A stretch of DNA of 64,000 nucleotides from a virus (lineage: Duplodnaviria; Heunggongvirae; Uroviricota; Caudoviricetes): IMG/VR virus record IMGVR_UViG_3300028422_000873. One strand, written 5' to 3'. Each line of letters opens with the position of its first letter. Position 1 is the first letter of the stretch. The notes under the pieces were generated by a model that was not told the origin of the DNA, searched no databases, and saw only the letters and a list, made by a program, of their open reading frames with translations. Both the position numbers and the translations under genes were made by a program. Below, in pieces: positions 29,001 to 39,398 of the stretch.

Positions 29001-32000
29001 ATAAACCCTATATAGGGAACCCGATTGAGCAGTTATATCAAAATATTCTCCATCATTAGTATTAGCTAAAGAATCAGCTGTTATGCGTGTTATCTCTGCA
29101 ACACCAACTACTGTAGCAGCACCACTTGGATTATAAACATCAACTGTATAACTTGCTGGAACAAAAGCTTTAATTTTAAATGATCCGCTGTTAGCGGCAG
29201 AAAATCCACAATCAGAGCCTATTGCTAATACATCATTTGTAACTACATCACCAAGTGTTACTGAACTTGGAAAAGTATATCTAAAATTATTACCACCGAG
29301 ATTAGTGATTACAACGTTATCACCTGCTTGAAAATTAGATGTACGTGAAGCACCTGATCCAAAAGTATATGTTACCAATGTATATTCAGGGGTATTTGTA
29401 TGTAGTATAGCTGCACTTCTATTAGGTACTAATGGATGAACAATTTGAAATCTGAAATTATCACCTACTGGACCGTACTGTGTATTTCGTATCATCAGCG
29501 TAGGTTCATTACCTACACCTGTATAACCACCGCTAATATACCAATTTCGTGCTTTAAACCATACAGCGTAATCATTAAAGTTAGTTCCTCTAACATCAGG
29601 ATCTGTACTCCATACGCTTAATGTACTAAAATCAACATTAGCGTCATTTTCATAGTCATCCGCAGAAAAAGATGTTGCTGTTGGAATCGCGCCTGAACCA
29701 GTACCAAGACCGTCAGAGCCAGAATTAACTCTACCGGTTCTAGAGAATCTCATATCAACTGTTTTAGCAATTGAATCATTATCCATGATAATAACCATAT
29801 TATCTTCTGACGATATTTCAAAACCTTTTACTATTTGATATTCATCACCGGTGTTGTAATCCATTAATGTTTTTGGAAGTATATCTTGACTTGTTCTCAC
29901 ACTTTCAGCACCAGGAGTAGAGTCAATCGATCTTATTCCACGAAACAGATGTTTATTATTACCTGTAGAAATTGATATAAAATCATTAAATGTTGCTTTA
30001 TTATCAATACCTACACCACTACTATCTTCTAAAATTTCACCGTATGTTGGATTAGAATAAGGTGTATGTGGATTAGTTAGAGCACCTTTTAAATCGGTAT
30101 ATGTAAAGCGATCTAAATATGTACTAACAGGTGTGGTTCTAACAAAAATTGATAAAGCATCTTTAACAGGCTGTTTATTCGCTATATGTGATTGATTACC
30201 TGTTTGTTCATCACCTCCAGTTGGAAAAACTGCTGTAGCAGCAGCAATTGATACTGGTATAGCTATACTTCCATTTTCTTCTGTAGATGAAGTTATTCTT
30301 ATAGAATTAGTTCTATAAACAGAGGCTACAATGTTATGTATGTTATCATTTAGTGTGTCTACTATATTAGTTAATTCAGCAGCCGCTGGAGTTGTTGTCA
30401 TACTACTTCTCCATATCTGTGGATAAGTATCTGAGTAAAAACATTGAATATCTAATGAGTCTAATACAGTATAACTTCCAACCACCATACCAGTTGCTGT
30501 ATAATTAATAACCTCTACATAAGTATCTACACCAGCAGATGTATGATTACCTTTACGGATAATTTGAAATAAGCCACAACTATACTCATCAATCCAATCT
30601 TCAACTCCAGTATGAGCAACATGTCCTCTATTAGTTATATAAATATAATCATGTGGTTGTACGTGTTGAAAAGCAGATGCAACGCTAGACATGATTCTCA
30701 TAACATTACCACCCTGATCAGACAATGTAATACTACTTGATACTGTCACACTCATTGGACGAGCATATACTCTATCTGCATCCACACAAATAATTAATGT
30801 AGCTTCACGATCGTTGCCATCATCAGCAATATTAAAAGTACCAGAGGTACTAACATTAGAAATTACAGCACCTTTAGTATCTTCTGAGCCAGCAGTTATA
30901 TTATCACCAGCTTCGATATCTGTTAGTATTTGAATTGCACCGTTTTGCCTATTTATTTTAAAATCTGAATCTTGACCAGTAGACTCCAAATCTGTTCCTA
31001 AAAAAATCTTATTGACCCACGAACCGCCAAGTATTTCTAAGGACGAAGATGATCCTTCGCGATTCGATGTTAATACTAATTTATTAGCTGTAGTATAGGT
31101 AGCAGTTATGCCAGCAAACTTATTATTAAATGCATCCACATAATCACTTAATTGCAATGACGCAAAGGTTTTACCACCAAAATCGGTAGTAGTAAAGGTT
31201 TGATCTTGTGCTGGTGTTCCATCAACTGATATAATAAGATTACCAGCAGATGTAATACTCCATGAGGAAAATGGTATAGATGTTAATGAAGCTGCTTTTT
31301 CTTTTTCAGTTAATAAAACATTATTATGGTATAGTTTAATATAAGAGAATTCATTAACTGGAAATCTTAAAATTTCATTTGCAGTGCATCCTTCTACAAC
31401 TTGTATAGTTTCTACATCGTGTTGTACAGGATATATTAACAATCTTGTACTGTCATCTGTTAATCTACATTTAAAGGTTTCTGCCGAATCATTAATTACA
31501 GTAACAACTTCTGATAAAGTAGCAGAATTTATACTAACAAAATCATCAGAATTAAATTGTATGCTTTCTTCAGCACCATCAATTAATACTTGTAATTCTG
31601 CTCCGTCATATAATTCATATGGTGCTTCTTCTACGTTAACAACTTGTGGTCTAGGTAAAGGAAAATTTGCTAATTGAAGAAACTCTTCATTACCGGATGC
31701 ACTATTTAATAGTACGTCAACAGATTGTCCTTCATACGATGGCTCAAACCCTGAACCATCGTCTACATAAAGAATAGATGGTTCTCCAATGCTTACTGGC
31801 TCAGTAATAACAGCCGACGCAACACGCTTACCATCTTCAGAATCAGATAATGCATCAATAGCAGTAAGAATAGAGTCTTTTGTACCTCTAGCTAAAGAAC
31901 TTGCATATGATTTAATTCTATCTCTTAATTCTATATCAGTTTCTACATCTCGCCCAGATGTAAAAGCGTTTGTATTAGTTACTTCTGCTGTTGTAAAAGG

Positions 32001-32771
32001 TAATGATTCAAACTTGGTAATAGTTCCGATACCAGCATTAGATGCACTACCAGCTTTAACAGCAGTTACTGGTATATCAGATACAGAATCTTCACCAGCT
32101 GGAATAACAGCATCACGAATGATAACAAAGTTGATTTCTGGAGATAAGTTATTTGCTGGAATTTTAACTATTGTTCCGGAGTTTACACGTCTGTCCGTTG
32201 TTCCTTGCGCCCACACAACATCTTCTGAAATAAGATGATCATTATTGAGTGCCGAATCAAGATAGATAGCATAGAAAGATCCGTAATCAATAATTCCTCT
32301 ATCCACACCCACAACACCTGTATTTCCATACTCAATAGGTCCTTCAAAGTTTTGTGTATCTCTACCTATATAAATCTTACCAACTTGATCCCAATCGCCA
32401 ACATCATTAACATATAAAACTCGTGTACCCTTTATAGGTGCTGATTTAATAGGATATAAGGTGGAACTCTTTTTAGTTATAGCAGAGTCTGAGATTGTTA
32501 TGAAACCAGTTGATTTTTGCGCTGGCAGCCTTGAAAGTCCATAATTAGACGCAAATGCATCTAAATCATTGTTTGCTGTTGAATCAATATTGAGCAATTC
32601 TAAAACATTAAGAATAGCAGTATTATTCTCAAAGTCATTAGATGCTGCAGCCTCTAATAAAGTTAAAAGTACAGAACCAACATGTATATCGTTGACAGGC
32701 GTATCAGCGATCATCTTGCGTATCATGTCACCTAATATTTCATTGTAACTCTTGATGTTAATTTCAGCCAT
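26019..32771 (-). CDS. giant baseplate wedge protein (baseplate J/gp6-like) with large insertions
   Basis: GSVLLTLLEA, YGLSRLPAQKSTG, GRDVETDIELRDRI, C-terminal LGVGDDVIMSDI...IDGV; 2250 aa. Confidence 0.85.
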   Translation of the reverse strand: MAEINIKSYNEILGDMIRKMIADTPVNDIHVGSVLLTLLEAAASNDFENNTAILNVLELLNIDSTANNDLDAFASNYGLSRLPAQKSTGFITISDSAITKKSSTLYPIKSAPIKGTRVLYVNDVGDWDQVGKIYIGRDTQNFEGPIEYGNTGVVGVDRGIIDYGSFYAIYLDSALNNDHLISEDVVWAQGTTDRRVNSGTIVKIPANNLSPEINFVIIRDAVIPAGEDSVSDIPVTAVKAGSASNAGIGTITKFESLPFTTAEVTNTNAFTSGRDVETDIELRDRIKSYASSLARGTKDSILTAIDALSDSEDGKRVASAVITEPVSIGEPSILYVDDGSGFEPSYEGQSVDVLLNSASGNEEFLQLANFPLPRPQVVNVEEAPYELYDGAELQVLIDGAEESIQFNSDDFVSINSATLSEVVTVINDSAETFKCRLTDDSTRLLIYPVQHDVETIQVVEGCTANEILRFPVNEFSYIKLYHNNVLLTEKEKAASLTSIPFSSWSITSAGNLIISVDGTPAQDQTFTTTDFGGKTFASLQLSDYVDAFNNKFAGITATYTTANKLVLTSNREGSSSSLEILGGSWVNKIFLGTDLESTGQDSDFKINRQNGAIQILTDIEAGDNITAGSEDTKGAVISNVSTSGTFNIADDGNDREATLIICVDADRVYARPMSVTVSSSITLSDQGGNVMRIMSSVASAFQHVQPHDYIYITNRGHVAHTGVEDWIDEYSCGLFQIIRKGNHTSAGVDTYVEVINYTATGMVVGSYTVLDSLDIQCFYSDTYPQIWRSSMTTTPAAAELTNIVDTLNDNIHNIVASVYRTNSIRITSSTEENGSIAIPVSIAAATAVFPTGGDEQTGNQSHIANKQPVKDALSIFVRTTPVSTYLDRFTYTDLKGALTNPHTPYSNPTYGEILEDSSGVGIDNKATFNDFISISTGNNKHLFRGIRSIDSTPGAESVRTSQDILPKTLMDYNTGDEYQIVKGFEISSEDNMVIIMDNDSIAKTVDMRFSRTGRVNSGSDGLGTGSGAIPTATSFSADDYENDANVDFSTLSVWSTDPDVRGTNFNDYAVWFKARNWYISGGYTGVGNEPTLMIRNTQYGPVGDNFRFQIVHPLVPNRSAAILHTNTPEYTLVTYTFGSGASRTSNFQAGDNVVITNLGGNNFRYTFPSSVTLGDVVTNDVLAIGSDCGFSAANSGSFKIKAFVPASYTVDVYNPSGAATVVGVAEITRITADSLANTNDGEYFDITAQSGSLYRVYMDTTGANATIPAAGGRTLQRVDISGVVTAAQVGDTLATTLNTLADFNCPTTGTGIIDCTDVNTGAVTDAANGNLGNAWNIATQTQGVTVAYETINIPASINIFPITGTSTSDIADTIVTSNVLTAIEIVSGDIYSATIEETSSGGSVAYGLNVGVDEYIQFYDSHNWIETFRNDVAPAYNFDLKVPLVLPTASPDASVYRMDTTLVYNETDAGELFKLIPITLDNLNHHMSHKALSQLDIVADINYSDAGKKIQIKSEELGSSGGIEIVGGRANNAEFHIFADSDVSTVSGTDYLSVKIPSFPDTISTGSHVILQNDGNARRYNRLSSTDSVDVVEISSTTFEYRYNPKTTNFTSATTITISDVSATYGVTAGTIWRWTHSIAGVPIESLINVNVGDVVTAYGTFSGWSSTNTVGTAGDDSISGLPIIAVNNTSNYFDVVNPYGVAMTATAIGTGNVKVYPTPMIEWKLPHTAPTWVQQIVVTGGTAVATFSDQHNLNVGDSFSLTNNTATPSTGLVTQVDSPFIIRYATAVGDATYTGGYLLKAGTTRTQYVLEDLGYNSMLRLKVAAGDSPNFADCGVAVEDIIVLSGDTFQSYNNGEFRIFAVENDAIIFQDGNTLEEIDTIVSFNDEDTAVIWTANANTITGSAGNFRNLSIGDWVKKRDDNDTYYLQVIGSDTGNFSTATSITLGGLYQGTSSTSVGVAFDQLNDVNNGKILDRITDIRIFEGDTVRVNDTLYVSNNSDPNWFSSNNTGTFDIEQIGTDSSTYKPFVRVTNASGTAESNRLMSVANAFLYINEGDDNKFISVKQVAHIALDSYDSNKRIVYLTPGNRSYKWSETNGTSITTYNKIGFDTEVVTGVDGYLYYTGLLRTIQRTVDGYEPDEASYPGRKAVGSIIETLPPLIRRTTIILDVTTKNGVNLSEITNEIKSAVINHINTLGVGDDVIMSDIIVRVMAIDGVAAVTFVTPTADTERISIASNEKAFIQSSDVSIA

Positions 32772-32782
32772 AATTGTTCACC

Positions 32783-34411
32783 TTATATATTAACCTTAAA
32801 TGATATAGGAATAACCGTATTGGATCCCGCTAAACGAACGCTTAATGTTATATACAAACCATTAGCCTCTGTACTAACACTTGTACCACCTAAAGCGGCT
32901 CGCATATCATATACATCCAATCTTTCTATTCTATCAAATCTATTGTCATCTTGTATGTTTTTAGTTATTGAATCAATAACTAAATTTTTAATAATATCTA
33001 TATCTTGATTACTACTACCTTCTACTTCTATTAGACCATAATCACTATGTCGTTGAAGTTCACCTAATCGTATAGCTATTTTCATTTTCATTGCTTGTAC
33101 TGCATTATCTATACCATAACGCAGTGATAGATCACTAGTAGAGTTTAACTGAAGATCACCTGTTTTATCATCTAGAGATAGATCGATTTTTTGTCTTTTT
33201 TCGGTTTCACTACTGGTTTGTAAAAACCACGGTGTATCACTTTTTATTTCATCAGTTAATGGTTGTTCTGAAGGTATAAGTATATAAAATGAACTATTTA
33301 TAGTATTAGCTTTAAATATACGAATATACGCATTATCACCTAGCGTATAACGATCTAAATTATCATCACCGTTTAACTCTATGATTAATTCACCACTTAC
33401 CGGTACTTCTTTAATATTTACAATAACACGCTGCTCAGGAAAAGGCTGTGTATCAGATTGTAATAATACTATTTGATTAATATAGAGTTTATCGACATTT
33501 AGATCACCACTGGTGCTTGTTGATCCAATATTTATTTGATTACCTTCTGCTGTAGCTAATAAATAAAGACTCTCACCCTCTTCATCGATGTATGGTGGTT
33601 TAAGACCATTAGCAATTGCTATATCGATCCACTTGTTTGGATCTCCTAAAGTTCGTTTTGCCAATGCTTGTAATGTTTCACCGTAATGTAGAGTAGTTAA
33701 TTGACCAGATACATATTGCCCTATTTCTACCTCTTGATTATTTGCATTTTGTCGAGCTAATTCAAAAGGATTAATTGTAGCTGTTTCTAACGAAAATATA
33801 TTAGCTAATATAAAATCAATACTTTTAATAGATTGTTGAAGTTGATATATGTTATTAATAGCTTTAGTATTTATTTCTACCTGACTATCAGCAGGACTTC
33901 TATTATAAACTTCATTATAAGTTTCATCTGTTGCACTATTATAATCAATATAGTCATCTCGTTGCTGCTGCAATATACTTCGTAAATATATGAAATCATT
34001 ACGAGAGTAGTTTTTAACAACTTTGATTTTATTATCAAATAGTGTTTGCTCTTCATATGTTAAAACTAAATCATCTATATTTGTATTATCGAAAATAGCC
34101 CAAAATTTTTCTTGAGTCAATGAGTCAGCTAATGGATTTTTTGTAGATGGAACTGTAATTTGATTAATAATAAACTCATTGAAACTATTAATATGCTTTA
34201 TTAGTAAATCCGCATTTACAGCTGTTGGTATTTTTTTTTCATATTTTTCTTTTATGAAGTTCCAATTATTGCGAAAATAAGACCATCTAAATCTTATTAA
34301 TTCAGGTATGTCTGATAATACAAGTTGCTCATTATTTCTTAGTTTAAACCATAAATTAACTAAGTTAATAGCATTGTAACTTCTATCTAAATCAAGGGCT
34401 TTAATTTTCAT
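32783..34411 (-). CDS. baseplate protein with LysM/gp53-like and C-terminal gp25-like domains
   Basis: GETLQALAKRTLGDPNKWIDIAIANGL (LysM-like); GIDNAVQAMKMKI...GELQRHSDYG (gp25-like). Confidence 0.75.
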   Translation of the reverse strand: MKIKALDLDRSYNAINLVNLWFKLRNNEQLVLSDIPELIRFRWSYFRNNWNFIKEKYEKKIPTAVNADLLIKHINSFNEFIINQITVPSTKNPLADSLTQEKFWAIFDNTNIDDLVLTYEEQTLFDNKIKVVKNYSRNDFIYLRSILQQQRDDYIDYNSATDETYNEVYNRSPADSQVEINTKAINNIYQLQQSIKSIDFILANIFSLETATINPFELARQNANNQEVEIGQYVSGQLTTLHYGETLQALAKRTLGDPNKWIDIAIANGLKPPYIDEEGESLYLLATAEGNQINIGSTSTSGDLNVDKLYINQIVLLQSDTQPFPEQRVIVNIKEVPVSGELIIELNGDDNLDRYTLGDNAYIRIFKANTINSSFYILIPSEQPLTDEIKSDTPWFLQTSSETEKRQKIDLSLDDKTGDLQLNSTSDLSLRYGIDNAVQAMKMKIAIRLGELQRHSDYGLIEVEGSSNQDIDIIKNLVIDSITKNIQDDNRFDRIERLDVYDMRAALGGTSVSTEANGLYITLSVRLAGSNTVIPISFKVNI

Positions 34412-34412
34412 A

Positions 34413-35393
34413 CTATGATCCTACTCCCTTTAGAGCGGCTGCCGTACTATAAACTACATTTTTAGCCTTACGTGTTAAATTACTCATTTTAGCAAAATAC
34501 GATGAGCTATCAACTCCAGTTAATCCCAATGATTCAGCATCTATTTGTCCTACTGTCTCACCATCCCTATCTGATTGAGTGATATTATAACCACGCATTA
34601 TAATAGTGTAGTTGTATAACATAGGATCTTCTGCAGACTTTGTTAAATTAAAGGTTTGTATAGCAACATTATACTGATTACTATCTTTATAATTAATAAA
34701 CTTTAAAGGATGACTATTTCCACTTTTTTTTCTAATGTTTGTACCGCTAATTACGTCTTTTTTATATAATAATAAAAATCTATATAGATTATGAAATGCA
34801 GCATAACCAGATCGCTGCTCGTTAATACCTGATACAGCATCTGGTGTATCTATCAAACCGAAACTTTGTCCTAGTGAAATACCTTGACTAATTGCATTTT
34901 TAACCGTTTCTTGTGTTCTAGTGGCAAAACCGCCTAAAGCAAGATTGCCAGCACTAATATCAAAACTTTGACGACCTATTGCTGGATTGTCTTCTGTTGA
35001 ATTATAGCCACCATTTTCTAATCTACTTTTATTTGTCCCTCGTTCTTTAGGAATATAGAATTTAGGTGCCATTCCTGTTGTTCCACTGATAACAATATCG
35101 AAATATCGCTGTTCTGAGTGTTCTTCTACAGTTCCATATAAAGTACTTATAATATTTGTAGCAAAATGTGTAGTTATTTGTAAATTACTGGGATTTATAG
35201 GTAAATAAAAATCTGTTTCTTTACCATTTTTATCACGAAAACGGAAGCAATATGGCATGGATTTATACCAATTTGTCCACGTGATGCTATAAATTGATTC
35301 AAAATCTTCCCACCAACTTGATTGACCTCTATTATCCCATCCGTTGACTGCCTTATTTAAATCTTTAATACCTGGAATATCAAATAAACCCAT
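34413..35393 (-). CDS. tail tube initiator / baseplate protein (gp48/gp54-like)
   Basis: FYLPINPSNLQI...STLYG..EE..DIVISGTTG; YNYTIIM; position between spike and wedge genes. Confidence 0.6.
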   Translation of the reverse strand: MGLFDIPGIKDLNKAVNGWDNRGQSSWWEDFESIYSITWTNWYKSMPYCFRFRDKNGKETDFYLPINPSNLQITTHFATNIISTLYGTVEEHSEQRYFDIVISGTTGMAPKFYIPKERGTNKSRLENGGYNSTEDNPAIGRQSFDISAGNLALGGFATRTQETVKNAISQGISLGQSFGLIDTPDAVSGINEQRSGYAAFHNLYRFLLLYKKDVISGTNIRKKSGNSHPLKFINYKDSNQYNVAIQTFNLTKSAEDPMLYNYTIIMRGYNITQSDRDGETVGQIDAESLGLTGVDSSSYFAKMSNLTRKAKNVVYSTAAALKGVGS

Positions 35394-35445
35394 ACAAACT
35401 CCTTGCTCTAATTATATAGTATTTTAGATTAAGTGGTTTATATGA

Positions 35446-36486
35446 TTAAAGTAGTGATATTAACTTCAGAATATCAGCTATAGCTTGTTCATTATCTGCT
35501 ATAATCTCAGCATTATTTATCACTTGATCCGATATAGCTTTTAATTTTGAAAAAGATCCATTTACTTGATGTAATCGTAATTTAATCACACCAAAGAATG
35601 CTGTTTCTTGCTCAGTTGTAGTAGTCTGTAAGTGACCTGATCTAGCAGTTACTAAAGCAGGGACATGAGTATCTGCATACGCTATTAGATTAGTTATAGC
35701 CGTCAATAAACCACCTGATGCTGCAGGGGTTTGTGATGGAGGTGTAGGATCTCCAGGTAATAAACCTATACACGCATCTATCTCATCTATAATATCTTGC
35801 CAATATTGAGCAACAGTTCTATCTGAACCAATTATTGGATTATTATAGACTTGTGTATGAGTTGAATCAATATCAGTAATTATTGCTTGTATATCTGATT
35901 TCCAAGCATTAAGAGCAGTTGATAACTTAGTTGGAGCAGAATCACCTGGAAAGTATCCCCATGTTTCACCATTAAGTTCACACGATGTTTGATCTGTGTA
36001 AAACGGATCAGAACAGGATTCAGCAGTTGGTTCTTCTGATGTATCAGGATAAGCTGCTAATGCTGTACTAGCGGCGCCACGAGGTACATCCTCTTTAGGT
36101 GTATGATCTCTATCTCTAACATTTGAACCACCTGTTGTCCTTGTTGGTAATGATTCTGCTGGAGCAATTCCTTTCTCAGTTCCGGCTTTTATCAATGATA
36201 TTGGAAAATATGCATTACAAAGATCATCAGTTTCCCCAAAAAAGGGGTACTTTGATATGATGGTTTCATCATACACTATTGGCCATTTTCCGGTGTAATG
36301 TCTATCCTCTAGATAAGCTGCTTCTAGTTTTACTCTAGAATCTGATAATTGTGTTTTATAGGCTGCTTCTAATTCTTCAAATTGAGCTATTGCTGCTTCA
36401 GTATCTTCTGCAGCTTTTTCTAAGGCCGTATTAGTATTTTGACGGCGTGCTATCTCTGTTTCATAATTTTCTCTAATAGTTGCCAT
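35446..36486 (-). CDS. structural protein downstream of spike
   Basis: 346 aa; terminal coiled coils; CSDPFYTDQTSCELNGETW motif. Confidence 0.55.
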   Translation of the reverse strand: MATIRENYETEIARRQNTNTALEKAAEDTEAAIAQFEELEAAYKTQLSDSRVKLEAAYLEDRHYTGKWPIVYDETIISKYPFFGETDDLCNAYFPISLIKAGTEKGIAPAESLPTRTTGGSNVRDRDHTPKEDVPRGAASTALAAYPDTSEEPTAESCSDPFYTDQTSCELNGETWGYFPGDSAPTKLSTALNAWKSDIQAIITDIDSTHTQVYNNPIIGSDRTVAQYWQDIIDEIDACIGLLPGDPTPPSQTPAASGGLLTAITNLIAYADTHVPALVTARSGHLQTTTTEQETAFFGVIKLRLHQVNGSFSKLKAISDQVINNAEIIADNEQAIADILKLISLL

Positions 36487-37598
36487 TATGTTGCCTTAGT
36501 TAATGCTGTTTTTAAAACAGTAGCTGTACTAATAACCGGAGCACCAAGATTTCCAGTACCCATTATAAGAATAATATCATATATTAATGGATTACCTCCA
36601 CCACCTAATTTACATTCTCCAGCAGCAGTAAGACCACCACCAACAGTAACGTTTCCAGTAACTTGAGTATTTCCAGTTTGCTGAATATCACCTTGAATTT
36701 TCATATTACCTTTTTGATCCCACTTACCATCTGTCTTTATATCTTTAGCCTTTAAATCAAAAAGATCTTGTGATTCTATACTTGTTTTCTTAGTCTGAAT
36801 ACCAAATTCTTCCTCAGAAGAAAAAGTTGTCTTTTTATTAGTTATACTATAAGATTCTTCTTGTTTATCTATAGTTAGTACTGTTTTACCAGAAGTTATT
36901 ATTATTTTTCCATTAGGTTTATCAATTTTTATTGATTGTGGGTTTTCATTTGAGTTATCGCTTAACTCCCAGGAACCAGTTTTATCCCATTTATAGTAAG
37001 ATGAACCAACTTCTTGATTATATTCAGCTTCTGGAAGAGGTGAACCAGATGCCTCCTCATTTAAAACATCAATGTTTGTTGGGATTCCTTTAAAAGTCTG
37101 TACATATTCGCCATCCTTATTAATTAAGGTTTCTATCCCATTAAATTCTGATTTATAAGCTATACCATCCTCTTCTGATATACTTTGTTTTCGAGCAGGA
37201 TGAATAAAGGATCCCAAAATAACACCCTCTCTACTATCCCCATTTAAACATGCAACAAGTACGACATCACCAGGACGATACATGTATGAGCCAGCAGACG
37301 CTGCACCATCTAATACAGGATTAGATTGTCGTGTGAATTCTTCATAATTATATACCCCACCAAACTTATACATTCTAGAGCAATTAATAGGTGATTGTCC
37401 ACGTTCATCTACTACTTCAACAGTATATGTAGTTTCTCTTCTCGCTTCTGAATAATGAGATTTCTGTATCATACCCATGCGTATAGTATAATCTTTATCG
37501 TATATACTATTGCTACTCTCCATTGAAGGAGAACTTCTTTCATGCTTTTTAAACAAAGAGCTATCTCTAACTATATAATCATTTGGTCTCATTACCAC
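36486..37598 (-). CDS. baseplate central spike (gp5/GpV/VgrG-C-like)
   Basis: OB-fold region PGDVVLVACLNGDSREGVILG followed by beta-helix repeats (GNMKIQGDIQQTGNTQVTGNVTVGG). Confidence 0.8.
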   Translation of the reverse strand: MVMRPNDYIVRDSSLFKKHERSSPSMESSNSIYDKDYTIRMGMIQKSHYSEARRETTYTVEVVDERGQSPINCSRMYKFGGVYNYEEFTRQSNPVLDGAASAGSYMYRPGDVVLVACLNGDSREGVILGSFIHPARKQSISEEDGIAYKSEFNGIETLINKDGEYVQTFKGIPTNIDVLNEEASGSPLPEAEYNQEVGSSYYKWDKTGSWELSDNSNENPQSIKIDKPNGKIIITSGKTVLTIDKQEESYSITNKKTTFSSEEEFGIQTKKTSIESQDLFDLKAKDIKTDGKWDQKGNMKIQGDIQQTGNTQVTGNVTVGGGLTAAGECKLGGGGNPLIYDIILIMGTGNLGAPVISTATVLKTALTKAT

Positions 37599-39388
37599 CC
37601 CGTTACTTTAGTATCTGGATCTTTATCCGTAGAAGTACCAAACGTGGAAGCATTATTCTTTTCTTCAGACGGTGGTAATGTTTTAGTATCTTGTTCTAAT
37701 GCTCCACCATCTTCACTATACGAAGAAAAAGGCTTACCGTTAATATCGGTTATAATACCGCGTGAAAAAGCTACGTTAGTAAAAAATTCTCTAACACCAT
37801 TATCATTAACTGTAAAAGTGTGAGACACACTTTCAACATGTGCTGTCAAATATGCTTTCCCTTTATTATTGATTTGTGCTAAAGAATGATTTTCAGATGG
37901 TCCCATGACTTTAGCATCGACCATGATATTATCACCAACTTGTATATATCTATCCTGTCCGATAATACTTATCACGCCATTTAACATCTTATGAGTATTA
38001 AAGTACCACTCTTTTAATAGGTATTTCCAATCAGTGAATTTAAGTAAATCATATGAACTAGCATCTGATGTAGATGCCGGCGCAGGAAACATTGTCCCCT
38101 GTGCAAATATCGGACGGAATCCTTCACGTGTAAAAGCTTCTTTATCAGAGTATTGCATTCTTTGACGCACTTGTAAATCTATAGCATCGTTATTATTTCT
38201 TTTTATAACCTCAGGACTAACTCTCATTTCTATAAAATTTACTTTATCTCTCCAATTAGTGCCTGCATTGAAAGCAACAACATCTACTAAAGGAATATCT
38301 ATTCTTCTAAGATCACTAAAGCGTGATATTATGCTAGTGATATATTTAGAATCAGGGGTATTAGTATCGTTTGTATCATCTCTTGTAGATAGAATATCAG
38401 AATTTGAATTAACAGCAAAAGGACGAATTCTGTGATATAATGCTAAATCTACATTATTGCCTTCAAAATCCCAACGTAAATCACACAATGTCTCATTTAA
38501 TACATCATTTGATGCACCCTGTATTAATTGCCAAAAATTATTCTGATTGAAATAACTAGATATCGGTAACAATCCAACGGCTTCATTGGTTGGTTCATAA
38601 TCGTCTTGATCTACTGGATTACTACTAAAAAAAGAGCGTTCTTTTAGTTTACCATATGTAAAACCATCATTTATAATATCTGATAGTTTAGTACTAGAAA
38701 AGCCAAAATATGCTTTTACTTCTTTCGGTATAGTGAAATTATTTTCTGGTTTAACCTCACGTGCTATAAGTTGTTCTACTGATTCTGTTAGTGAATCTGT
38801 TGATCCCCATAGTTTTAATAAAGCCATTATATTTTGACTAGCTGTAGGTAAATTACCAGCTGTGATCTCAGATATCATTTTTTGATACAATAATCTCTGA
38901 TACGCAATCGGATCGTTCTTTTCCTCTGGTTTTCTTATTGAGGGATCAATATAAAGTATACTATCAAAGATAGAACCCCAATCTCTACCACTAACGATAT
39001 ATTCAGTCATTCGCGCACCAGTAGCCTGATTAACGCCAACATTTACACGAACACTATCTACACGTCCAAAAAATTTTACTTGTTTAGAGTCTTTCTTACC
39101 AGACTTTAAGTTCTCCTTGTTTATTTCTTGACGTGACATTAGAATGGCCAACCAACTACCTGGAGTTATTGCGGTGACCCAATTTTTTGTAGGAGCTAGA
39201 CGGATTTCAAATTGACCAGCGGGAGAAGCTTTGCTTTTAGATGTATTAATGCTTTTTAAGGATAGAGTGTTTACAATAACTTGATCTACTTCATCAGAGG
39301 GCACACCAATACTGCTGGAACCTTTACGATCTCTGTAATTCCATATTATTACTGCAGCATGTGGGGTTACAATTGAATAATCACTCAT
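37592..39388 (-). CDS. baseplate hub protein (gp27-like)
   Basis: INTSKSK..PAGQFEIRL, FFGRVDSV, YIVSGRDW, HVESVSHTF; between tape measure and spike. Confidence 0.75.
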   Translation of the reverse strand: MSDYSIVTPHAAVIIWNYRDRKGSSSIGVPSDEVDQVIVNTLSLKSINTSKSKASPAGQFEIRLAPTKNWVTAITPGSWLAILMSRQEINKENLKSGKKDSKQVKFFGRVDSVRVNVGVNQATGARMTEYIVSGRDWGSIFDSILYIDPSIRKPEEKNDPIAYQRLLYQKMISEITAGNLPTASQNIMALLKLWGSTDSLTESVEQLIAREVKPENNFTIPKEVKAYFGFSSTKLSDIINDGFTYGKLKERSFFSSNPVDQDDYEPTNEAVGLLPISSYFNQNNFWQLIQGASNDVLNETLCDLRWDFEGNNVDLALYHRIRPFAVNSNSDILSTRDDTNDTNTPDSKYITSIISRFSDLRRIDIPLVDVVAFNAGTNWRDKVNFIEMRVSPEVIKRNNNDAIDLQVRQRMQYSDKEAFTREGFRPIFAQGTMFPAPASTSDASSYDLLKFTDWKYLLKEWYFNTHKMLNGVISIIGQDRYIQVGDNIMVDAKVMGPSENHSLAQINNKGKAYLTAHVESVSHTFTVNDNGVREFFTNVAFSRGIITDINGKPFSSYSEDGGALEQDTKTLPPSEEKNNASTFGTSTDKDPDTKVTGW

Positions 39389-39398
39389 ACATTAACCT

